Assembly (NCBI GenBank): GCA_964230645.1
Contig: CAXRHT010000003.1
Coordinates: 459,108-523,107 of the forward strand
DNA length: 64,000 bases
Direction of reading: 5' to 3'
Source: Bdellovibrionales bacterium
Lineage (GTDB): Bacteria; Bdellovibrionota; Bdellovibrionia; Bdellovibrionales; JAGQZY01
The notes under the pieces were generated by a model. It saw nothing but the letters and a program-made list of their open reading frames with translations. It was not told the DNA's origin and searched no databases. The position numbers and the translations under genes are program-made. Below are positions 9,022-18,033 of this stretch, in pieces. Position 1 is the first letter of the stretch. Every line of letters begins with the position of its first letter.

Positions 9022-10697
9022 AGGCCGTTTTCGTTGAGATAGTCGGAGTTTTGTTGAAGATTCATATAAATCTCCGTCTTCTCAGGGAAGTAAGAAGCCT
9101 TCATAAAGACGGCTTTTCTTTGAGCCGCATTATTTAAATTTCTTTGAAGGGCCGAGTTCAAGGCCCTTTCGTTTGCCTTCTCCTGATTTTTAGCGATTTG
9201 TTTTTTAAGTCTAGGACTAATTCTTCGCTCAATTTCCTGGGGAGCGTTGTTCGCACCCCCCTTAGCACCATCAGCACTAAGAAAGCGATTGGTTCCAAGA
9301 CCGTCGGCAATGGCTTTTAAGCGTTGATTCACTCGTACGCCACCACGGTTGCCACCTTTTGCCGGAGCACCACCGCCGCCGCCTCCACCTGAGCCAACAC
9401 CACCGCCACCACCTGAGGCGCCACCTCCAGCGCCACCAGCAGGTCTTCCACCTTGCTTAGCTGTACCTCCGGGTCTTCCCGGGGGCGAACCTACTGGCAT
9501 ACCCGCTAAGGGTAAATTCGGGTTTAGCCTTGGAGCTGAAACACCTCGCCCATCAGATACGGAATCAAAGCTAGCGGAACTTACTGATTGTCCCTCCATA
9601 CTTACATCCGGAGCTTCAATACTTCCACTAGGATTACCTCTTTGGAAATTCTGCATTTGCCCCGAGCCAAACATCTGTTGGGCTAATCGGTCGGCTGTAT
9701 CTTCGAGGTCTTCCTGAGTTTGAGTGGCATCCGTATCTTCGTTTCCGTTACCATCGGAATTGGGATCACCGTTGCCTCCGGTAGGTGGAACAGAGGCTGT
9801 CGAAACATCGTCTTCATCACCTGGAGGGTCAGTTGCTGGATCAGTCTCCCCAGTGGGGCTAACAGGTGTTTCCGGAGAATCGGGAGAGGCGTCTGGGGTA
9901 TGGGTTGCGACACCGTCCCTGCATATATCTGCAGGAGTCTCATTCAGGCCAGGTGTGTTACATGCAGGATCATTCTCGTCGGCTGCACAGGCTCTAGCCG
10001 CCTGTGCAAGGTCACCGAAAACTCCTTGAGTTCTATTAGGGTCGTTTTGTAGAGTGTAACAACTATCTTCATGCCCCTCGGCACATGCCTTTGCACAGAC
10101 AAGAGCGTTTGCCTCGCACCCACCACAGGCAATCGCGTTTGGAGTGGTAGAGCCCTCCGAAGAAGGCTGCTGATAAACCGGATCAATTTCGGCCAGGTCG
10201 CTGACTTTTAGACAAAGATTAGCGAACTCTTCGACATCTCTCTCAGGACTTGATGGGTCTTGTTGCCAGCTTTGAACATCACTATCTCTTTGCCAATTGG
10301 CTCTAATTGTATCAGCCCAATTTTTAATGAGTATAAGCTGATCATAGTCATGTGTTTCATTGGTAACTCGAGAGGTATAGTGACCAAGTTCAAGATTGTG
10401 AATGATAGTCCGGATGTTTCGCCTGTTCTCCGCAATATTATCTTTAGCTAAAATATCACGATGACTTAATTCCACATAACGCTCGGCGAGTTCAGGAAGA
10501 CATGAATTAATATAGTTAATAATATCTCGTCGGTTGTAAATTGAATGATTGGTATGGATTGTTTGTAAAGTGAATTTTTCAGAGACTTGCTCCTCACAAC
10601 CAGCATAGACATAACTAGGTGAGAGTAAAAAGAGGAGAACAAGACCGAGAGAGACAACCTGAATGTGGTGGCTCAAACATTTCATTCTTTCCTTCAT
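9018..10697 (-). CDS. Secreted hypothetical protein: Cys-rich N-domain, Pro/Asp/Thr linker, Gly-rich segment, basic C-terminus (559 aa)
   Basis: Signal peptide ending VYA/G and a CGGCEANALVCAKAC cluster. It overlaps the convergent upstream gene on a shared TTAA (9018-9021). Confidence 0.8.
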   Translation of the reverse strand: MKERMKCLSHHIQVVSLGLVLLFLLSPSYVYAGCEEQVSEKFTLQTIHTNHSIYNRRDIINYINSCLPELAERYVELSHRDILAKDNIAENRRNIRTIIHNLELGHYTSRVTNETHDYDQLILIKNWADTIRANWQRDSDVQSWQQDPSSPERDVEEFANLCLKVSDLAEIDPVYQQPSSEGSTTPNAIACGGCEANALVCAKACAEGHEDSCYTLQNDPNRTQGVFGDLAQAARACAADENDPACNTPGLNETPADICRDGVATHTPDASPDSPETPVSPTGETDPATDPPGDEDDVSTASVPPTGGNGDPNSDGNGNEDTDATQTQEDLEDTADRLAQQMFGSGQMQNFQRGNPSGSIEAPDVSMEGQSVSSASFDSVSDGRGVSAPRLNPNLPLAGMPVGSPPGRPGGTAKQGGRPAGGAGGGASGGGGGVGSGGGGGGGAPAKGGNRGGVRVNQRLKAIADGLGTNRFLSADGAKGGANNAPQEIERRISPRLKKQIAKNQEKANERALNSALQRNLNNAAQRKAVFMKASYFPEKTEIYMNLQQNSDYLNENGL

Positions 10698-10922
10698 TTT
10701 TCCCCCTGAAGTTTATAGTCTCATTTTATCACACAAGCTTGTTGTCCCAGTGGAAAAGCTTTGCGTGGTCTCATAATGAGACATCAAGAGATAAAAAATC
10801 TCTTTCCATAGGTATCTATCGGAAATATTTTAGGATTGTTGAGGATGGAGCACTACAGTCCGGTGGGTTTTCCTCTGCTGGCGTGACATGTGGTTTTGAA
10901 CGAAATGTCGTCTTGAGCCAAA

Positions 10923-10977
10923 GGTCGTCTTGAGCGAAGCGAAAGACCTAAGATCCTTCGCTGCGCTCAGGATGACC
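10923..10977. repeat. REP-like imperfect palindrome (GTCATCCTGAGC...CTCAGGATGAC type)
   Basis: Arms GTCGTCTTGAGCGAAGCGAAAGACCT (10924-10949) and AGATCCTTCGCTGCGCTCAGGATGAC (10951-10976) give 21 Watson-Crick pairs, 2 G-U pairs and 3 mismatches. A partial extra copy GTCGTCTTGAGC is at 10907-10918. Confidence 0.75.
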
Positions 10978-11033
10978 ATATGTTCAGGATGATCTTGGGC
11001 AATGGAGGGAGTTTTGTCTCGCTTAAAAGTTGG

Positions 11034-11528
11034 TTAGTGAGATTTCTTTTTGAAGACACAAAAAGAGAACTTTTGAGGCTCAAAATGATCCTCTTTTTCA
11101 AACAAGACAAAGTCCTTTTCATAGTCAGGAAATTTAGCGTCCCCTTCGTACTCTTGATCGATAAGAGTAAGGTAGAGTCTGTCGGCCTTAGTGAGAGTTT
11201 GTTTATAAATCTCGCCACCACCGATAATAAAGACTTCATCACTCCATTTTGGGGTTTGGCTCTTACAGAATTCAAGGGCTTTATCTATGTCATTAAAAAC
11301 GTGAACCCCTTCAGGGACCTCGTAGTTTTCCTGCCTTGTCACAACCACATGAAGGCGGTTTTTTAAAGGCTTTGGGAAAGAATCAAAAGTCTTTCTTCCC
11401 ATTAAAATAATATGACCCGAAGTTTTCTCGCGAAAATACTTCATGTCTTTGGGGATATCCCAGGGGAGATCGCCATCAACACCGATGACTTTATTTTTTG
11501 CAATAGCTGCGATTTGAGAAAGGATCAA
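11034..11528 (-). CDS. folA: Dihydrofolate reductase
   Basis: [35 protein letters not shown] and IIGGGEIY motifs. The TTG start overlaps the thyA stop. Confidence 0.97.
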   Translation of the reverse strand: MILSQIAAIAKNKVIGVDGDLPWDIPKDMKYFREKTSGHIILMGRKTFDSFPKPLKNRLHVVVTRQENYEVPEGVHVFNDIDKALEFCKSQTPKWSDEVFIIGGGEIYKQTLTKADRLYLTLIDQEYEGDAKFPDYEKDFVLFEKEDHFEPQKFSFCVFKKKSH

Positions 11529-12316
11529 ACCGAAACCTCAGCTTTAATGCGAGGGTGTGGATCGTACTCTTCTAATTTAAAGTCTTCGTATTTAAAATCA
11601 AAGATGCTTTTTACATCAGGATTGATTTTCATAATAGGAGGAGTTTTTGGTTCTCTTGAGAGCTGCAACTTAATTTGATCGATATGGTTATTATAAATGT
11701 GAGCATCCCCGAGGGTGTGAATAAATTCGTGGGCTTTGAGACCACAAACTTGCGCGATCATCATAGTAAGTAGTGCGTAGCTTGCGATATTAAAAGGAAC
11801 TCCCAAAAAGATGTCGGCACTTCTTTGATAAAGTTGGCAGGAGAGTTTGCCGTCATTCACATAAAATTGAAAGAAGGCATGACAAGGAGGAAGAGCCATC
11901 TTCTCTACATCTCCAGGATTGTAGGCCACAACAAGGTGACGTCTGGAGTGGGGATTGGTTCTGATTTGCTCCACCACCTGGCTAATTTGATCCAAAGTTT
12001 TACCGTCCGCGGTTTTCCAAGATCTCCACTGCACGCCGTAAACGGGACCGAGATCCCCTTTTTCATCGGCCCACTCATCCCAAATACGCACTTTATTTTC
12101 TTTGAGGTACTGAATGTTAGAGTCGCCGGAGAGAAACCAAAGAAGCTCGTGAATGATCGACTTTAAATGAACCTTTTTTGTCGTCAGTAAAGGAAAGCGG
12201 TCTAAGCTGTAGCGCGCCTGGTATCCAAAAAGGCTAATAGTTCCCGTTCCCGTGCGGTCGGCTTTCGGGCTTCCGTTCTCAAGGACGTGCTTGGCCATAT
12301 CAAGATAGGTTTTCAT
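11525..12316 (-). CDS. thyA: Thymidylate synthase
   Basis: [31 protein letters not shown] and [18 protein letters not shown] motifs. Confidence 0.98.
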   Translation of the reverse strand: MKTYLDMAKHVLENGSPKADRTGTGTISLFGYQARYSLDRFPLLTTKKVHLKSIIHELLWFLSGDSNIQYLKENKVRIWDEWADEKGDLGPVYGVQWRSWKTADGKTLDQISQVVEQIRTNPHSRRHLVVAYNPGDVEKMALPPCHAFFQFYVNDGKLSCQLYQRSADIFLGVPFNIASYALLTMMIAQVCGLKAHEFIHTLGDAHIYNNHIDQIKLQLSREPKTPPIMKINPDVKSIFDFKYEDFKLEEYDPHPRIKAEVSV

Positions 12317-12586
12317 TAGAGGCTCCTTTGAGGCTGCTCACTCTTTCAAATTGAGGAAATTTGGAATCTTTAATCCAAAGATGACTCCCAATTAATACCA
12401 CCGCCTCCGGGCCTTTCACAATACGGCTTTCACGGCTTGCTTTCTAGGCAAAGATAAAAGCCTAGTAAAATTGAGAGGTTAAATTATTTGCCAGCTTCTT
12501 AAAAAAGCTTATTGCCAAGGGGTGACATTTAGAACTTAGGGAAATATATAGAGGAGGACTAATATTTAAGCAAAAGGGGAGAGCTT

Positions 12587-13900
12587 TTGGAGATTCGTGA
12601 CCCCATTCATGGAACCCTCGCTATTTCAAAAAATGAAACCAAAGTCCTTGATTCGCCGGCCTTTCAGCGCCTGCGTATGATCAAGCAGTTGGGCTTTTCG
12701 GAATTTAGCTTTCCAGGAGCCACACACTCTCGCTACATACACTCCCTTGGGGTGTCCTATTTAGCCGGCATTGCCTTTGATTTTATTTTTCAAGATTTCC
12801 AGTTTAGTTCAGAAGAGAAAAAGAAAAACTTTCGTCAGATTTTAAGACTTGCGGCCCTTCTTCACGACATCGGTCATGGGCCGTTGAGCCACACCACTGA
12901 AGAGGTCATGCCCCAGCTTAAAGAGTTGGATGTTAAAGCCTACCAGTTTAAAAAAACGGATACTTCCCAAAAGCCTTTAGAAATCCCTGACAGAAAAGCC
13001 AATCATGAGGACTACTCGATCAAGCTAATTACAGATTCTCATTTAACCGAGATACTAAGAGAGGCCTTTCACGATTTTGATCCTTACCATATTGCTTGCC
13101 TGGTTGATAAAGGCCTTGCTGCCAAAGATGATTTTTTTATGGAGCAGGGATTAAACTTCCGTGTGATTCTTTCACAAATTGTGAGCTCAGAAGTGGATGT
13201 GGACCGTATGGATTACCTCGTGCGTGACGCTTATTTCTGTGGAACCAGTTACGGTAAGGTGGAACTCAATTGGCTCCTGGGAAATTTTAAATATCATATC
13301 CATAACGACCAAGTGCACTTAGCTCTTGATCGAAGGGCTATTTACACCTTTGATGATTTTCTTTTGTCACGCCATCATATGTATTTGATGGTTTATTTCC
13401 ATCATAAAAGTATTATTTATGAAGAGATGCTCTATCGTTACCTGACCTCAGAGGATTGTGAGTACAAGCTCCCCTCAGAGATTGAAAACTATATGACGTG
13501 TACAGACTTTTCCTTGTATCAAAGTATGGCTAATTCGGAGAATCCTTGGGCCAAAAGAATAAGTGAAAGACGGTCATTTAAAGTACTGTTTGAAAGTCAT
13601 GACTCTAAACAATCTCTACGGACCGAAAAAATTAAGGGAATTTTAAAAGAGGCAGGGATTGAAACAATCACTGCGAGCTCAAAATCAAGACTGTCTAAAT
13701 ACCATGGGCTTTCCCCCCAAGAAGATTCCTTAAATATATTTGTGGTCGATCCTTATGACCCCCATGGATCACCTGTAGGGATTGATGAATGCACTGAGAT
13801 TTTTCAAAAGTACGAGGGCACCAGAATTATTGAGCGTGTTTACGTTTCCCCCGAAAACATAGAAATGGCTCGCGCCCTTCTTAAGAAGTTGAAGTTTTAA
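12587..13900 (+). CDS. HD-superfamily phosphohydrolase (COG1078/SAMHD1-like dNTP triphosphohydrolase family)
   Basis: IRDPIHG, FQRLRMIKQLG, HSRYIHSLGV, LLHDIGHGPLSH and DVDRMDYLVRD motifs. Confidence 0.9.
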   Translation: MEIRDPIHGTLAISKNETKVLDSPAFQRLRMIKQLGFSEFSFPGATHSRYIHSLGVSYLAGIAFDFIFQDFQFSSEEKKKNFRQILRLAALLHDIGHGPLSHTTEEVMPQLKELDVKAYQFKKTDTSQKPLEIPDRKANHEDYSIKLITDSHLTEILREAFHDFDPYHIACLVDKGLAAKDDFFMEQGLNFRVILSQIVSSEVDVDRMDYLVRDAYFCGTSYGKVELNWLLGNFKYHIHNDQVHLALDRRAIYTFDDFLLSRHHMYLMVYFHHKSIIYEEMLYRYLTSEDCEYKLPSEIENYMTCTDFSLYQSMANSENPWAKRISERRSFKVLFESHDSKQSLRTEKIKGILKEAGIETITASSKSRLSKYHGLSPQEDSLNIFVVDPYDPHGSPVGIDECTEIFQKYEGTRIIERVYVSPENIEMARALLKKLKF

Positions 13901-13915
13901 GGCTGCGAGATAAAG

Positions 13916-14329
13916 TCAGGGGACTTCGAGCCAGAGTCCCTCACTTTCAAACTCGGCATCGGCAAATTCGATCACACATTTAAGATAACCCTCAGAATCT
14001 GGTTGAAAGAAGTCAAAAGGAACGCTCGCTTGCTTTGAGGGAAAGCTTTTTGTTTCAATACGCTCACCCTCAAATTCTATGAAAACAGGAATATCATCAT
14101 TATGTTCAATTAAAAGTGTGTTGAGGCGGCAACGAACCTTCGTTCCTCTTTTGTTGGAATTAATTTTCTCTATAAAGACAGCTTCCTCGTACTCAGGCTC
14201 TGGCTTTTTGGGGGTAACAGGCTCTTCGTTGATGGATTCAGAGAGCACACCACAAGCAGACAGACTGACTAAAAAGAAAGAGCCAAGCCAAACTTTGGAT
14301 AAAAAACGAATCAATTTATTCACAAACAC
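13916..14329 (-). CDS. Hypothetical lipoprotein
   Basis: Hydrophobic N-terminus with lipobox LSAC; GTG start with upstream GGGG. Confidence 0.7.
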   Translation of the reverse strand: MFVNKLIRFLSKVWLGSFFLVSLSACGVLSESINEEPVTPKKPEPEYEEAVFIEKINSNKRGTKVRCRLNTLLIEHNDDIPVFIEFEGERIETKSFPSKQASVPFDFFQPDSEGYLKCVIEFADAEFESEGLWLEVP

Positions 14330-14348
14330 GCATACCCCGTAGCTATCC

Positions 14349-14375
14349 TTATCGGACGAATGTCTGTATTCTTTT
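14349..14375 (-). promoter_or_regulatory. Putative sigma28 promoter of lipoprotein 13916-14329
   Basis: Minus strand AAAA-N15-TCCGATAA; the -10 is identical to that upstream of flaG. Confidence 0.45.
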
Positions 14376-14563
14376 GCGCTAATTTGAGAAAGTAAACATT
14401 TTTTATGCTCTCTTTAAAAATAGGATTTTTCTAGGATCGGAGGTGGTGATGGGGGAGCTTTGGGACTCCAGAAGGGGGTGACACAGATACGGTCTAATGT
14501 GAGGCGCTTTTTGTCCTAAATTGATAAAGTGCTAAAGATTTTTCCGAAAATGAAAAAAAACAC

Positions 14564-14590
14564 TAAAGTTCTATTCGAAAACCCCGATCA
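14564..14590 (+). promoter_or_regulatory. Putative sigma28 promoter of flagellin 14733-15560
   Basis: TAAAGTTC-N11-CCCGATCA versus consensus TAAAGTTT-N11-GCCGATAA. Confidence 0.65.
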
Positions 14591-14732
14591 AAGTCTTGAA
14601 GGATCGATCGATCATCTAAAGAAAACTCTCCCCTTCGAAAACAAACATAAATCAACAGCTTTATAGACACATGGAAGTGTAGCTCACGTCATCTGAACTA
14701 ATGGAAGAGTAGGCTGTAAGTAGGAGGTTATA

Positions 14733-15560
14733 ATGAGTCTGCGTATCAACACTAATCTGGCGTCTATAAACGCTCAAAGGCAATTGGCGAACCAAGAATC
14801 CAGAAAAGTAGAATCCATGAAATCACTAGCATCGGGAAGTCGAATCAATTCGGCAGCCGACGATGCAGCTGGGCTAGCCATTTCAGAAAATCTGAAGGCA
14901 CACAATCGAGGAAACCGTGTAGCGAAGCGAAATGCTGAGGATGCGACTTCCCTCATTCAAGTGGCCGAAGGTGGCTTGAACGAAATTAATAACATTATGA
15001 TTCGATTAAGAGAGCTTGGTGTCCAGAGTGCGAGTGACACTCTCGGGGATCAAGAGCGAGAATTCCTTAATCAAGAGGCGGAACAACTATTAGAAGAGGT
15101 GGACCGAATTTCAGCAAGTACCAAGTTCGGAGATAAAAACCTCCTTGATGGGACCGGGAACGATCTTGAGTTTCAGATTGGTGTGGATGGATCGGAGAAT
15201 TCGATCATGCGTTTCAGCTCCGATGCGGATGCAACCACCGGTGGCTTAGGAGTGTCAGGGCTAGATCTATCGGATAAGGGAAGTGCCAGAGATGCACTCT
15301 CTACCTTGGATGAAGCACTAAATACTGTGGGTGCGATGCGCTCAAAGTTTGGTGCCGTTCAAAACAGACTAGACTCAACAATTGCCAATCTCGACACCTC
15401 CTACGAGAACTTATCCGCTGCGAATTCAAGGATTCGCGATGCTGACATCGCTGAGGAGTCTGCGGAGTTTACTTCTTCCCAGATTCTTCAACAGGCATCG
15501 GTTTCAATGCTTGCGCAAGCGAACCAATCCCAGGCCAATGCTCTTAGCCTGCTTGGATAA
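14733..15560 (+). CDS. fliC: Flagellin (275 aa)
   Basis: MSLRINTN, ASGSRINSAADDAAGLAISE and SRIRDADIAEESAEFTSSQIL; RBS AGGAGG. Confidence 0.97.
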   Translation: MSLRINTNLASINAQRQLANQESRKVESMKSLASGSRINSAADDAAGLAISENLKAHNRGNRVAKRNAEDATSLIQVAEGGLNEINNIMIRLRELGVQSASDTLGDQEREFLNQEAEQLLEEVDRISASTKFGDKNLLDGTGNDLEFQIGVDGSENSIMRFSSDADATTGGLGVSGLDLSDKGSARDALSTLDEALNTVGAMRSKFGAVQNRLDSTIANLDTSYENLSAANSRIRDADIAEESAEFTSSQILQQASVSMLAQANQSQANALSLLG

Positions 15561-15573
15561 CACTTAAAAAGTC

Positions 15574-15605
15574 AGGTCGGTGCCTTTAAAACACCGACCT
15601 TTTTT
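15574..15605 (+). terminator. Rho-independent terminator
   Basis: Perfect 9-bp stem AGGTCGGTG/CACCGACCT followed by a T-tract. Confidence 0.88.
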
Positions 15606-15985
15606 ATTTTTACTAAACCAAAAGCACAAATATACGGCTTTTAAAGTTCCTTTTTTTGTTGATCTTTTTGACATCTGTTTTTTCGACAATTTTTTCCAAA
15701 TTTTTTTAAGTTATTTAAATCTCTAATAAATACACCCAATACGTTTCAGTTCGTTACAATACTGAGGTCTAGTTTTCAGGACTTTCTGCGTGCCAGACTT
15801 TAGTGATTCCTCGACCCGCCGAAAGGGTAGTTGTTAGCGCCGGGGGAATTAGGTCATCTAACACTTCATAAGATTATCAATCCCTCGACATTAACAAAAA
15901 CACAAGAGACCAACAGTTGGTTTCAGCAATCAAATCACATTTGTGGTTTGTAGATTTAGCAACCTTGAACGCATAGGAGGAAGAA

Positions 15986-16819
15986 ATGGCACTAAGGATT
16001 GCAACTAATATACCGTCGATCGCGGCACAAAACTCGCTCAACGGGACACAAAGAAGTCAGAACAAGGCGATGGCTCAATTATCGTCAGGTTCAAGAATCA
16101 CCAAAGCAGCAGACGATGCCGCTGGGCTTTCAATCTCTGAAGGATTAAAGTCTGATATTCGCTCGCTCAAACAAGCGGGCCGAAACGCAGAAGATGGAAT
16201 CTCTTTTGTACAAGTGGCTGAGGGTGGACTCTCAGAGGTAGGAAACATCCTAACTCGTTTTAGAGAGCTTTCTATCCAAGCTGCTTCGGACACTATTGGT
16301 GATCAAGAAAGAGGATTCATTCAAAAAGAAGTCGAACAGCTACAGTCAGAGATTGATCGTATTGCTGAGTCCACGAAGTTTGGATCGAAACAACTACTTA
16401 ACGGATCTGGGGACACTTTCGATTTTCAAGTGGGAATTGATTCTGACCCTGAATCAAATGCTATTCAGTTTGATAGCTCCCAAACAGATGTCACCACAGG
16501 AAGTCTTGGGGTGAGCGGTTTGGATATGTCAGACAAAGGCAGTGCACAAGCGGCTATTGAGGACATTGATAATGCTCTCAATCAGGTGAACGGCTACCGA
16601 GCTAACCTTGGAGCTCTTCAAAACCGACTTACGGTGACCACTGAAAACATTGCGACCTCTGTTGAGAACAACTCTGCAGCAAATTCGCGAATTGCTGATG
16701 CCGATTTGGCTGAAGCCAGTGCGGAAATGACAAAAAGTAATATTTTATTAAATGCGACGACCTCTGTGCTTGGACAAGCCAATGCCAACCCACAGCAGGC
16801 GTTAAGATTAATTGGATAA
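15986..16819 (+). CDS. fliC: Flagellin (277 aa)
   Basis: MALRIATN, SSGSRITKAADDAAGLSISE and SRIADADLAEASAEMTKSNIL; RBS AGGAGG. Confidence 0.97.
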   Translation: MALRIATNIPSIAAQNSLNGTQRSQNKAMAQLSSGSRITKAADDAAGLSISEGLKSDIRSLKQAGRNAEDGISFVQVAEGGLSEVGNILTRFRELSIQAASDTIGDQERGFIQKEVEQLQSEIDRIAESTKFGSKQLLNGSGDTFDFQVGIDSDPESNAIQFDSSQTDVTTGSLGVSGLDMSDKGSAQAAIEDIDNALNQVNGYRANLGALQNRLTVTTENIATSVENNSAANSRIADADLAEASAEMTKSNILLNATTSVLGQANANPQQALRLIG

Positions 16820-16839
16820 ACGTGCCATTCTTCCAACTT

Positions 16840-16867
16840 AACGGGAGGGGAAACCCTCTCGTTTTTT
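16840..16867 (+). terminator. Rho-independent terminator
   Basis: AACGGGAGGG-GAAA-CCCTCTCGTT stem (one G-U pair) with a GNRA loop and a following T-tract. Confidence 0.88.
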
Positions 16868-16882
16868 GAGGAAGGTGTGTTT

Positions 16883-16909
16883 TAAAGTATTATTTTTAGA
16901 TTCCGATAA
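16883..16909 (+). promoter_or_regulatory. Putative sigma28 promoter of flaG
   Basis: TAAAGTAT-N11-TCCGATAA. Confidence 0.65.
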
Positions 16910-16914
16910 GTACA

Positions 16915-17286
16915 TTGATGAATATTCGGTCAGTATCAAACCCAGCCGTTGTGCCGGGTAAAGAAAATATCGAGTCTTCCAAAGGTATCAAATCGGGAGA
17001 GACGGACGAACGAGAAGGCAATGGTCAGCAGCCCTACGGGGATGGTGAGTCTTATCGTGAGTTAACCGAAGAGGAAACCGAGCAGATTCTTGAAAAGCTT
17101 AAGAGCCATGATGGGATTCAAAAACACGGATTGATTGTAAAACTCAGTCAAGAGAACGATCAAAAAGTGGTAAAGATTGAAACCCCCGATGGCAAAGTGG
17201 TAAAAAGAATCATTGAGCGGGACCTATATTTTTTCTTATTTCAGGAGAGCGAGGACGATATACACCTCGTGAATAAGACGGCTTAA
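16915..17286 (+). CDS. flaG: FlaG-like flagellar protein
   Basis: Position between a flagellin and fliD; C-terminal 'KVVKIETPDGKVVKRI' resembles the FlaG 'VkvvD..tgevIRqIP' motif. Confidence 0.55.
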   Translation: MMNIRSVSNPAVVPGKENIESSKGIKSGETDEREGNGQQPYGDGESYRELTEEETEQILEKLKSHDGIQKHGLIVKLSQENDQKVVKIETPDGKVVKRIIERDLYFFLFQESEDDIHLVNKTA

Positions 17287-17301
17287 AACTATAGTCCGAT
17301 C

Positions 17302-18033
17302 TTAAAAACTGTATCCAATATCAAGAACGGCATAGTTAAACCACGAAAAGGTGAAAACCTCATCATTATCCGCTCCACCTTCAAGTACGCGGTAGCCAAG
17401 ACTTCCTATCCATTGCTCATTAAAATTGTGACGAATTTTTAAGGCCACATCAAAAGCCCTTCCCGGTCCACCAGCAAGACCATCCATTTGAAAATTAAAA
17501 AGCCAATCCTCGGCGAGCTTTTTTTGATACTCAAAATAAATTAAGGGAACAAAGCCCAAGTTGGTATAACTTTCCACTTGATTGCCCTGGCGTACTTGGA
17601 TTTTTGCCTCACGAATTTTTGCCGTGATCCCAAGATTCAGTCGATCTTCTCCATGCCCCCAAAAAGCGTAGAAATAGGTGCCTCGATAAGAGTTAAAGGT
17701 GTAATCGAACTCATAACCCGAGGGGCCACCGTTAAATTGGGTGCCGTTAAAAAGAATGGGGGACTGGTTATCACTATTAAGAGTCACGGAGAAAGGAGCC
17801 CATAAAAGCCTAAAGCCATGATTTTTAGAGGGAAGATAAAAAACTTCACTTCTGTAGTGGAAAAAAGGACCCTCATCAAACCGATCCAATTCCACACGTG
17901 TAGCCGGAGCCTCGGGGGGAATTTGAAAATCATTACGATTTTGCCAAATAGCCCCCGATTCTACGTAAAGATCGAAGTTTGCATAAAGCGTTGGGGAAGA
18001 AAATAATAAGCTTAAAAAGAAGAGAAGTTTCAT
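17302..18033 (-). CDS. Outer-membrane beta-barrel protein
   Basis: Signal peptide from the second Met (MKLLFFLSLLFSSPTLYA), amphipathic aromatic strands and a C-terminal Phe (LDIGYSF). The ORF track start is 18075. Confidence 0.75.
   Translation of the reverse strand: MKLLFFLSLLFSSPTLYANFDLYVESGAIWQNRNDFQIPPEAPATRVELDRFDEGPFFHYRSEVFYLPSKNHGFRLLWAPFSVTLNSDNQSPILFNGTQFNGGPSGYEFDYTFNSYRGTYFYAFWGHGEDRLNLGITAKIREAKIQVRQGNQVESYTNLGFVPLIYFEYQKKLAEDWLFNFQMDGLAGGPGRAFDVALKIRHNFNEQWIGSLGYRVLEGGADNDEVFTFSWFNYAVLDIGYSF

Noticed and set aside
9349-9717. Pro-rich ORF (PPPPPPEPTPPPP) suggesting an actin-nucleator-like protein
   Set aside because: It is the antisense reading of the poly-Gly tract of the 559-aa gene.
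14434-14480. G-rich tract (GGAGGTGGTGATGGGGGAG...) as a possible G-quadruplex
   Set aside because: There are only two-G runs with irregular loops and no supporting context.
3849-15779. GTCTAGTTTTCAG shared at 3849-3861 and 15767-15779 (10-nt core also at 6661-6670)
   Set aside because: It has opposite orientation relative to the two flagellins and variable distance to starts. An AT-rich 13-mer match among intergenic regions is plausible by chance.
15796-15855. c-di-GMP-I (GEMM) riboswitch upstream of a flagellin, suggested by CC-GAAA-GG
   Set aside because: The conserved GCAAA and GACGCAAA segments and the tetraloop-receptor stem are absent. It is kept only as an unclassified structure.
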